A stretch of DNA of 64,000 bases. Origin: the human T2T-CHM13v2.0 reference genome, Homo sapiens. Below are positions 42,001 to 53,600 of the stretch, piece after piece. How positions within the stretch are numbered: position 1 is the first letter of the stretch; every line of letters begins with the position of its first letter. Below the pieces are notes generated by a model. That model saw nothing but the letters and a program-made list of their open reading frames with translations. It did not search any database and had not been told where the DNA came from. A program made the position numbers and the translations under genes. The DNA lies in assembly GCF_009914755.1 (NCBI RefSeq), contig NC_060935.1, one strand, 5' to 3'.

Positions 42001-45000
42001 CTAGGCAAAAGAGTCAGGTCAAGTTGGATAAAAAAGCTACAGGGCGTGGTCTTGGTCCTTGTATAAGAATCCTGACTGCACAGCCCTGCACTTCAGCTGT
42101 GGGTAATGAAAAGGGTTGGGATGAGTCAGGGAGAGCTAGGGTGGGGGCAGTCTCTAAAGCTGTCTTCAAGGAACAGAAAGAGGAGTGGGGAAAGGATTTA
42201 GGATCTATGGGGTCAGCTAGGTTTCCTTTTGTGAGTTTATATAATGGTTTTGTTAGGATGGCAAAACCAGGTATCTAAAGTCGAAAGTATCTAACCATGC
42301 CTAAGAAGGAAAGGAGTTGTTTTGTAGAAGGTGTTGGGGTTTGAGAGATCAGTGGGACATGATCAGCAGGGAGAGCATGTGTGTTTTTATGAGAATTATG
42401 CTGAGATAGGTAACAGATGAGGAAGAAATTTGGGCTTGACTGAAGTAATGGGAGCTGTCTGTGAAGCTTTGTGGCAGTACAGCCCCGGTAATTTGCTGAG
42501 CCTGATGGGTGTCAGGGTCAGCCCAAGGGAAAGCGAAGAGAGGCTGGGATGAAGGGTGCAAAGGAATAGTAAAGAAAGCATGTTTGAGATCCAGAACAGA
42601 ATAATGGATTGTGGAGGGAGGTGTTGAGGATAGGAGAGTATATGGATTTGGCACCACGGGGTGGATAGGCAAAACAATTTGGTTGATAAGATGCAGATCC
42701 TGAACTAACCTGTAAGCCTTGTCTGGTTTTACGACAGGTGAAATGGGGGAATTTTAAGGGGAGTTTATAGGCTTTAAAAGGCCATGCTGTAGCAGGTGAG
42801 TGATAACAGACTTTAATCCTTTTAAAGCGTGCTGTGGGATGGCATATTGGCATTGTGCGAGGTAAGGGTGATGAGGTTTTAATGGGATGGTAAGGGGTGC
42901 GTGATCAGTCACTAAGGAGGGAGTAGAGGTATCCTATACTTGTGGGTTAAGGTGGGGAGATTCAAGGGGAGGATGTGAAGAAGGCTTTGAACTGGGGGAA
43001 AAGGCAGCAAGGAGGTGTGGCTGTAGCCCAGGAATAGTCAGGGAAGCAGATAATTTAAAGTGTCTCAGCCTAATGGGGAGGTCGGGATAACTGAAAAGGA
43101 GTGCTTAAAAGCGTATTGTCTAAGTTGACACCAGAGTTGGGGAGTTTTAAGAGGTTTAGAAGCCTGGCCTTCAATGCCCACAACAGTTACGGAGGCAAGG
43201 GAAACAGGCCCTTGAAAAGAAGGTAATGTGGAGTGGGTAGCCTCCGTATTGATTAAGAAGGGGACGGACTTATCCTCCACTGTGAGAGTTACCTGAAGAT
43301 CGGCATCCCTGATGGTCTAGGGGGCTTCTGAGGTGATCGAGCAGCGTCAGTCTTCAGCTGCTAAGCTGAAGGAGTCAGTCAGAGAGCCTTGGGCCAGAGT
43401 TCCAGGGGCTCTGGAAGCGGCTGCCAGGTGAGTTGAACAGCCTGATTTTCAGTGGGGTCCTGCACAGATGGGACATGGCTTAGGAATCCCAGGCTGGGGG
43501 CATTCCTTGGCCCAGTGGCCAGATTTCCGGCACTTGTAGCAAGCTCCTGGGGGAGGTGGGGTTGGTGGAATGCCTGGCAGCTGCGGTTCAGGCGTTTGGA
43601 AGTTCTTGTGTGCTGGAGATGTGGCTGGGGTTTGTCTCACAGTGGAGGCAAGGAATTGCAACTCAGAAATACATTGCTACTTGGCTGCCTCTACTCTATT
43701 ATTGTACACCTTGAAGGCAAGGTTAATTAAGTCCTGTTGTGGGGTTTGAGGGCCGGAATTTAATTTTTGGAGCTTTATTTAATGTCGGGAGCAGATTGGG
43801 TAATAAAATAAAATGCATATTGAGAGTAAGACGGCCTTCTGACCTTTCAGGGTCTAGGGCTGTAAAGTGTCTCAGGGTTGCTGCTAACTGGGCCATGAAC
43901 TGGGCTGGGTTTTTCGTATTTCATGAGAAAGAGCCTAAATGCTAATTTATTTGGGAGAGGTCGGATAAAGAAAAAGGAGCATTAACCTTGACTATGCCTT
44001 TAGCTCCAGCCACCTTTTTAAGAGGAAATTGCTGGGCAGGTGGTGGAACAGAACTGTAAGCCGGACCGAGTGTGAGGAGGGAAGGTGATAAAAGGATTAT
44101 AGGGTGGAGGAGCAGAGGCTGAGGAAGAATTGGGACCTAGCTCGGGCTGGCGAGGAGGGGAGAGGTCAGATGGGTCTGTAGAAAAGGAAGATTAGAAAGA
44201 CTCAGCGACGCTTGGGGTTGGGACTGAGGGGACAGGCAGGAGGGAAAGAAGAAAGATTTGGGACAAGTTGCATTGGGAACAGAAACTAGAGAGGGACCGA
44301 TTTGTGAAAGAACGCCTGGCCATCAGGCACCTCAGATCATTTGCCTATTTTATGACAAGAATTATTTAGATCTTGGAGGATGGAAAAATCAAAAGTGCCA
44401 TTTTCTGGCTATTTGGAACCACTGTCAAGTTTGTATTGGGGTCAAGCAGCATTGCAGAAGAAAATAAGGTGTTTAGGTTTTAGGTCAGGTGACAGTTGAG
44501 GTTTTAAGTTCTTGAGAACACAGGTGGATCTTTCTCACAGAGCAAAGAGCAGGACAGGGGATTGATCTCCCGAGGGAGATTCCCCCCTCCCATCCAAGTC
44601 AGGGCACGAAAATTTCACTCGCGTCCATGTGAAGAGACCACCAAACAGGCTTTGTGTGAGCAACAAGGCTGTTTATTTCACCTGGGTGCAGGCAGGCTGA
44701 GTCTGAAAAGAGATTCAGTGAAGGGAGAATAGGGGTCGGGCCGTTTTATAAGATTTAGGTATGTAAAGGAAAATTACAGTCAAAGGAGGGGGGTTCTCTG
44801 GCGGGCAGGAGTGGGGGTCCAGGGTGCTCAGTGGGGGAGCTTTTTGAGCCAGGATGAGCCAGGAGAAGGAATTTCAGAAGGTAATGTCATTAGTTAAGGC
44901 AAGGACTGGCCATTTTCACTTCTTTTGTGGTGGAATGTCATCAGTTAAGGCAGGAACAGGCCATTTAAAATTCACTCCTTTTGTGATTCTTCAGTTACTT

Positions 45001-45072
45001 CTGGCCATCTGGATGTATAGGTGCAGGTCACAGGGGATATGATGGCTTAGCTTGGGCTTAAGAGGCCTGAGA
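39097..45072 (-). mobile_element. HERV-H provirus 2 (~6.0 kb)
   Basis: 5' LTR 44613-45072, degenerate His PBS 44592-44609, gag CYKCRKSGHWAKEC, protease, RT LDLKHAFF, integrase WQIDFTHMP, 3' LTR 39097-39545; TSD gttat/agtta on both sides. Confidence 0.97.
40824..41109. other. 286-bp non-viral insert in pol of provirus 2
   Basis: Provirus 3 reads gaatggg-cctgtg-aggctggaagg at the homologous site; here cctgtg is replaced by unrelated sequence containing L2/MIR-like motifs. Confidence 0.9.
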
Positions 45073-46132
45073 GTTATAGATTAGAAGTTAATCACTTGCG
45101 TCTTTAGAGGCATACACACTTAAATGTAGACGTATAGCTTAGAAGGTACATAAGCTCTGGAAAACTTTGTAATTTTGAGTTGGTCTGGCAATATTTTCCA
45201 GGCCTTCTTTCTGTACCTGGTTACAGAAAAAAACTCCCCTCTTTTCCCAGTTCATCTGCATCTCATTATTGGGCCATAAGAATAAACAGCCTGACCCTCG
45301 GTTTGGTCCAGGAACAATATGAAGCAACCATGAGAAGACCTCCAGGAGAGAAGCGCCAGTTAAGGAAACAGAATAGAAAGATTGGGAAGTAAACTAGGGC
45401 ATGAAAAATATTTTTAGAGATGAGATACCAGAGTATGTTTGCATGTTGGTGTGAGCCAGGGGCATGATGGCAGGACTGCAGCCCTTGAAAAGGCCAGAGT
45501 AGAGAGATCCTGGGCATATGTTGATGACTTGGCCTTTGACAGGCTGCTGCAGAGGGTGTAGGACACTTCCAGTGCTCCTTTCCTGAGGAAAATACCTGTG
45601 GCAACTCTCACATTCCATTGCCCTTTTCATCCTTTGTCCTTTTCCCCACAGACTGGAAACTTCTGTCTCTTCCTCCTCAAAGTCATTCCTCACACTGCTG
45701 CCACAGTGAGCGTTCTAAAACGCACATATGATTTTTAAAACACTGAGGAGCTCCTCATTGCTTACAGGATGAAGTAACATCCTTGCCTTGTATTTAGACA
45801 TTCTCTCCTTGGTCTTTTCAGCTTCCAGTCTTCAGCATTTCCTAAGCATTCTATGTACCAGGCATACCTGGCTGTTTGCACGTCCCTAAAGGTGCCTGTA
45901 TTTTCCCCACTATATGCATTTCTTCATACTTTCCCCTTGTCCTATACCCTTCTTTCTTTCTCTTTGCACAGATTTACCTTCAAGGAGCATTCTCTGCCTA
46001 CTCCCACTCCAGGTTCCCACTGCAGATTCTCCTTAACTCTGTGAGCTGCCCAGAAGTCTCCCATAAAATATATATTCTTGACTAAATTAGCTGGAGTTTA
46101 TGGATCAGAGATGCCATATAAAATATAATTTT

Positions 46133-46362
46133 GGCCAGGTGTGGTGGCTCACGCCTGTAATCCCAGTACTTTGGGAGGCTGAGGTGGGTGAATCACCTAA
46201 AGTCAGGAGTTCAAGACCAGCCTGGCCAACATGGTGAAACCCTGTCTCTACTAAAAATACAAAAATTACCAGGCATGATGGTGGGTGCCTGTAATTCCAG
46301 CTACTATTGGGGAGCTGAGGCAGGAGAATCACTTGAACCTGGGAGATGGAGGTTGGAGTGAA
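46133..46362 (+). mobile_element. Alu (AluS-like), 3'-truncated
   Basis: Alu sequence stops at gaggttggagtga with no A tail. Confidence 0.9.
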
Positions 46363-47106
46363 AATTATATATATTATTTTATATAATACAGTTAGTCCCT
46401 TGCAATAATTTCAGACATTCCCTTTAAGCAAAGATTATTCTCCTCAGGTGAACATTCTGTCCCTCAGGTTTCTGACTGCAGTTCTGCTCCTTGCTAAGAC
46501 AGCCTCTGGGTGATCGGGGCCAGGTTGTGGCTTACAGTGTCCTCTTGGCAGTGGGAAGGAAAGAGTCCTTTGGATTCACGTGGTGTCCTGAGATCATTCT
46601 GGTTGCTATGACAGTGTCTTTTGTTTCTATGACAACATCCCTTGTTGACTTGAGGGATGCTTGCCCTACTGGCATTTGTATCTGAAATCAAAACTGGTAT
46701 TGCTTGCAGCCCAGTTTCTCTAGGTGTGGCAGAGGCTGCAGTGCTTCCTGGCTACCAATCTCACTCTCCGCAGAGCCTCTCATGTTCCCCATTGGTTTCA
46801 GGTTGGGGGTGGGATGGGGCGTTGGAGTAGGGCTCAGCCTTCTCTGCTAAGTCACCCCTTACCACAGGAGGTCCCATGGTTGGAATGCTGGCTCTCAGAT
46901 TCAGCCACCTTCTGGTTCCCATTTTTAGGGCCCATTGGGGACTCCCAGGTTCCAACATATCTTACAGAAAGAGCAGCTCAGGAGAGCTGAGCTCTGGCTG
47001 TCCCATTCTGACCATGCTGTGCCACTGAGTTTTACTCTGATGTGGCCAATCCCCAAGTTCTTATGGACATGCTAGGGTATCTGGCCCACAAGATGAGACT
47101 TCCTCT

Positions 47107-47177
47107 TTTTTTTTTTTTTGAGACAGTCTTGCTCTGTCGCCCAGTCTGAAGTGCTATGGCACAATCTTGGCTCACTT
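47107..47177 (-). mobile_element. Short 5'-truncated Alu
   Basis: Poly(T) plus ~60 bp of Alu 3' end; TSD acttcctct at 47098-47106 and 47174-47182. Confidence 0.85.
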
Positions 47178-47331
47178 CCTCTCAGGGTTCCAGATAGGTC
47201 AGAGGGCTCCTGACCATGCCCTAATTGTTCTCCTCACTTATAGGGTTTCAGCCCAAGGAGAGAAACTGGAACAGTTTGTCTACCTCCCGACCTTTTTTTC
47301 CTTTCTTCTGTCCACCCTCTGCCTTCTGTAG

Positions 47332-47628
<297 letters not shown>

Positions 47629-48526
47629 TAATCTACATTATAGGGAAAATTCTATATCAAGCTGATATGTTAAATGCACATAAAAATTTTAGACTTTCAG
47701 ACCTATTGTCTTGCTTTCAGCAGCTATTATTTTTCTTTACATTTCTTCTTCAACAATCCAACTTTCCCTTTGCCCATCCCTTTCCCCACCTGCTGCCAGC
47801 AAAGGTAGATAACATGGCTGACTGGAGAAGTACGTGTAATGTACATGTAAGTCTATATTAGTATTTTCAAGTATTTTCTACCTTTCACTAAATAATCCTG
47901 ACACAAGCAGCATGATACACAATTCATAATTTGCCTGCAGATAACTTAATCTTGTCTATTTGCTAAGGCCTTTCCAAGTATTATCCAAAAGGGAGTTGAT
48001 TCAGAGCACAGAGAAAAACAGATGGGACCAGTGCATTGGCAGTGGCAGGAAGGCAGGAGGCTCAGGTCAGGTTTGATGAGCGGAAGCTAACCCCACACCT
48101 CCTGATGCCGTGGAGTGTTGCAAACCACCTGGAACCCAAGTGTCACCTGTGGAGACTGCAGGAAGCAGAGGCAAGGGGGGGTTGACAATCGTAGGTCACT
48201 GGATAAACCACTGCATTTGACTGAGTGGATCTACACACGAGTAGGGTACTTTATGAGGAAAACTGAGGGCTGACTTAATAACAATTCAAAATGATGCTAC
48301 ATAAACAAATTTTTACCTTCGGATTTTTTACTACAAACATTATCTCCCTCTTAAGTTGGCTTTGTTGCCCTTTATATCAGTTATTCACTAGTTATTTTTC
48401 CATGCCTCAGATGTGTGAAACCCTTAAAGAATTACAATGAAGATGTTTACCATCAAGTGTGGAAAAAAGTAGCGTGAGCCTGAGATAATCAAGAGACCAT
48501 TAAATGTCAGAATGTGAGAGACTTGA

Positions 48527-48835
<309 letters not shown>

Positions 48836-48899
48836 CTCTTCAAGATTTTCTTAAGCAGAGGGTCCTGTACTGGATCTGCTGAGTCAGAAAGAAATAAAG

Positions 48900-50580
48900 A
48901 GATGAAAAATGATTGGCCTCAGGTTTCTCATTGTTGGAGTAAGAGTTTACACACAAGTCAGAGGAAGAGGCTTGATTGGTCCATGTGGTGATGAGTTAGA
49001 CTAGAGATATCAGTAGAAACTCATGTTTAGCTTAATATAGATACAGATGGTTGCATATATAAATGTTTCTATATTCACCAGTTACTATACACATATTCAT
49101 TACCTTGCTCTGTCAACTGAGAGGATCTAGAGGAAATAATGTCCCATTAGCAAAGAACACACCTAGTACCCAGATTTTAATTTTTAATAACATTCTCCAA
49201 TAAAAAAGCCTTGGAGAAATGGCTGACTCTAGGATTGGTAGGACTGGGCAAGAAATATACAAAATAAGCCTGAGCCTCTTGTAGTATAGAAAGTAAGAAA
49301 ATGCTCAAAAAATCCACAATAGTGGGAGTATGTCAAAGGAGCATCAGAGTTAACTGAAAAAGCTCTCAATGGACAAAGCTGAAACAATTTGTATAGCAAA
49401 ATAAAGTAGTTCTGGATTATAATACTATCAGATAAACTAAACTGCAAAACTAAACTAAATAAACTATAAAACTATCAGATAAATATCCAAGAATCCCTCT
49501 TGATAGAAACAAATTATTGAATAAATAGAGGCAAATGGACAACTCTTCCATACAGAAAAGTTTCAAATAATTCATGTAGCTACTTTGCACTTGTATTAGT
49601 CCACTTAAATACTGCTGTAAAGAACTGCCCAAGACTGAGTAATTTATAAAAGAAAGAGGTTTAATTGACTCCCAGTTTAGCATGGCTGGGGAGGCCTCAG
49701 GAAATTTACAATCATGGCGGAAGGGGAAGGGGAAGGGGAAGCAAGACACCTTTTTCACAAGGTGGCAGGAAGAAGTGCCAAGTGAAGAGGGAAGACCCCC
49801 CCCTATAAAACCATCAGATATTGTGAGAACTCACTCACTAGCTAGCACAAGAACAGCAGGGGGCAACCACCTCCGTGATTCAGTTACCTCCACCTGGTCC
49901 CTCCCTTGACACGTGCGGATTATTTGCATTACAATTCAAGATGAGATTTAGGTGGGGACACAAAGCCTAAAAATATCAGCAATCAAGGATGAAAAGCATG
50001 ACTCCCTACTCATTAAATGTGGGCTTCACACAGTGACTTCTTTCCAAAGAGTACAGTATGAAATGGAGGAAAAAAGAGTAACTTTACAGTAGAAAAACTT
50101 GAAAAACAGTACCTGGGCCAGGTGATCAAGGTTAGATCCACAGTAATAGTCGTGGACCCTTGATGTGGTAAGAATGGCACTTATCTACCCAAAACCTGTA
50201 ATATCAGTCTAATCATGAGAAGAACATCAGGTAAATTCCAGTTGAGAGGCATTCTGTGAAATACCTGACTGGTATTTCTTAAAACTGTCAAGGTCATCAA
50301 TAACTGAGAAAGTGTCAAAATGAAAAGGAGCCTAAAAAGACATAACAAAATATCACACAGTTCCCTGGTTAGAACCTTGGAAAAGTGTAAATGCCAAAAA
50401 AAATCAGAATAAATCATAGTCTTCAGTGAATAATGATATACCAACATTGGTTTATTAATTGCGACAAGATATTAACAATAGAGGAAACTGAGTTTTGGTG
50501 TGTATGGAAAGTCTCTGTACTACTTTTGCTTTCTTAATGTAAATCTAAAGCTATTCTAAAATAATGAGTTTTTTTAAAAA
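48900..50580 (+). mobile_element. Old L1 (L1MD/ME-type) 3' region
   Basis: Degenerate L1M 3'UTR motifs ending tgtaaatctaaagctattctaaa; interrupted by a MaLR LTR. Confidence 0.65.
49592..49978 (-). mobile_element. MaLR solo LTR (MSTA/THE1 family)
   Basis: tgtattagtcc...aaagaaagaggtttaattgactc...ggctggggaggcctcaggaaa...gatgagattt.ggtggggacaca. Confidence 0.88.
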
Positions 50581-50678
50581 CATGGCATGATGGGGAAAAA
50601 AATCACTGATAAATGGGAATCATTTTTTTGTATCTCTCATGTGATAAATAAGTTTAACTCTCTAAGCCTGTTTATCAT

Positions 50679-53600
50679 TTTCACTTGCATCTGTGTGAAA
50701 AGACCACCAAACAGGCTTTGTGTGAGCAACAAGGCTGTTTATTTCACTGGGTGCAGGCAGGCTGAGTCCGAAAAGAGAGTCAGTGAAGGGAGATAGAGGT
50801 GGGGCCATTTTATAAGATTTGGGTAGGTAAAGTAAAATTACAGTCAAAGGGGGGTTCTCTGATGGGCAGGAGTGGGGGTCACAAGGTACTCAGTGGGGGA
50901 GCTTTTGAGCCAGGATGAGCCAGAAGGAGTTTCACAAGACAATGTCATCAGTTAAGGCAGGAACCAGCCATCTGGATGTGTACGTGCAGGTAACAGGGGA
51001 TATGATGGCTTAGCTTGGGCTCAGAGGCATGACATTCCTGTCTTCTTATATTAATAAGAAAAATAAAATGAAATAGTGGTAAAGTGTTGGGACAGTGAAA
51101 ATTTTGGGGGATGGTATGGAGAGATAATGGGCGATGTTTCTCAGGGCTGCTTCGAGCAGGATTAGGGGCCGCTTGGCAACCTAGAGTGGGAGAGATTAAG
51201 CTGAAGGAAGGTTTTGTGGTAAGGGGTGATATTGCGGGGTTGTTAGAAGAAACATTTGTCATGTAGAATTATTGGTGATAGCCTGGATAAGGTTTTGTAT
51301 GAATTGGAAAACTAAATGGAATAAGAGAAGGAGAAAAACAGGTATTAAAGGTTTAAGAATTGGGAGGACCCAGGACATCTAATTAGAGTGCCTAAGGAGA
51401 TTCAGCATAGTCCTGCCAGCAAAGATTATTTATTTACTTCAAGAGTTAAGAGTGGCAGTTTGGGGATAGCACCAGGAGATATCAGCTGCGATGGCTTGGA
51501 GAAACAGTGTAAACCGGCAGTGTAAACAAGAGCAGGGCATCTATGAGTAGTTGAGAATGGTGAATGGGAGTATGACTAGACAGAAGATAGTAGGGATGAC
51601 AAGTTATTTGGGGCACAGTCCAAGTTGGTCTGGTGTCTGGAATGAGACTGGGGCTTAATAAAAAGGAGTGTCCATACAGGAGCTCAAATGGGCTGTACCT
51701 TGTAGCATTCCAAGGACAGGCCTGAATTCTGAGAAAAGGAAGTGGTAAAAGTATTGTCCAGTCCTTTTTAAGTTGTTGGCTGAGCTTGGTGAGGTGTGTT
51801 CTTAAAAGACCATTAGTCCGTTCTACCTTTCCTGAAGACTGAGGACTGTAAGGGATATAAAGGTTTCACTTAATACCAAGAGCCTGAAAAACTGCTTGGG
51901 TGATTTGACTAATAAAGGCCAGTCCACTGTCAGACTGCGTGGAGGTGGGAAGGCCAAACCGAGTAATTATGTCTGACAGAAGGGAAGAAATGACTGCGGT
52001 GGCCTTCTCAGATCTTGTAGGAAAGGCCTCTACCCATTCAGTGAAAATATCTACCCAGACCAAGAGGTATTTTAGTTTTCTGACTTGGGGCATGTGAGTA
52101 AAGTCAATTTGCCAGTCTTGGGCAGAGACAAATCCCTGAGCTTGATGTGTAGGAAAGGGAGGGGGCCTGAACAATCCCTGAGGGGTAGTAGAATAGCAGA
52201 TGGAACACTGAGAAGTGATCTGCTTGAGGATAGGTTTCTATGATGGAAAGGAAATTAGAGGTTCTAAGAGATGGGCTAGAGGCATGTAACCTACATGGAA
52301 GAGGTTATGAAATGATGACAGAATAGAATGGGCCTGTGAGGCTGGAAGGAGATATTTTCCTTGGTCTAAGAACCATTTGCCTTGTGTGGGAAGAGATTGA
52401 TAGTTGGAAGTTTCAGCGGGGGAGTAGGTGGGAGTGACCGATGTGAAGGAGAAAAACTGGCCGTGAGGGACAGAAGTTGGAGAGCTAGCTGATTGTCTAG
52501 CCACCTTATCAGCATAAGCGTTGCTGTGAGAGACAGAAGTTGGAAGGCTAGCTGCTTGTCTAGCCACCTTATCAGCATAAGCGTTGCCTAGATCAATGGG
52601 ATCTGACACCTTTTGATGCCCCTTGCAGTGAATGACCCCAGCTTCCTTTGGAAGTAAAGCGGCCTTGAGCAGAGTTTTTACTAAAGAGGCATTAATGACA
52701 GAGGACCCTTGTATAGTGAGGAAACCTCTTGCATGGTGGTGCAGGATATGGAAGGCATATTTAGAGTCAGTATAAATATTGACGTTTAGTCCTTTTGCAA
52801 GAGTGAGGGCTTAACTTAAGGCAATGAGTTCAGCTTGCTGAGAGGTAGTGAAGGGGGGCAGAGCAGTAGCCTCAGTGATAGATGTGGAAGATGCTATAGC
52901 ATAGCCTGCCTTTGCTGGTGAGTGGCGATTAGGCCTGGTGGAACTGCCATCAATAAACCAAGTGTGTTCAGGGTGAGGAACAGGAAATAATATGGGGAAA
53001 TGGAGTGAATGTCAGGTGGATCAGAGAGATACAGTCATGGGGTGTGGTATCAGGAATAATGTGGTAGACCCGATTGAAGTCTGGACCAGGAACCATGGTA
53101 ATTGTGGGAGACTCAACAAAGAGTGAATACAGCTGAAGGAGCTGGGAAGCAGAAAGTATATGTGTCAGGTGTGAGGAAGAAAACAGATTTTGGAAGTTAT
53201 GAGAACTGTAGAGAGTAAGTTGAGCATAGCTTGTGATTTTAAGGGCCTCTGAAAGTATTAGGGCAGTGGCAGCCACCACACACAGACTTGAGGGCTAGGC
53301 AAAACAGTAAGGTCAAGTTGTTTGAATAAAAAGGTTACAGGGTGCGGTCCTGGTTCTTGTGTTAGAATTCTGACTGCACAGCCCTGCACTTCAGCTGTGG
53401 GTAATGAAAAGGGTTAGGATGAGTCAGGGAGAGCTAGGGTTGGGGCAGTCTCTAAAGCTGTCTTTAAGAAATGGAAAGAGGAGTGGGGAAAGGATTTAGG
53501 ATCTATGGGGTCAGCTAGGTTTCCTTTTGTGAGTTTATATAATGGTTTTGTTAGGATGGCAAAACCAGATATCTAAAGTTGAAAGTATCTAACCATGCCT

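Larger units (their letters stand above)
38680..45316 (+). mobile_element. ERV1 solo LTR (LTR6-like), split by HERV-H provirus 2 into 38680-39097 and 45073-45316
   Basis: TG...CA ends with 4-bp TSD atat (38676-38679 and 45317-45320); the halves join as gaccttagttatagattag. Family name is from memory. Confidence 0.7.
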
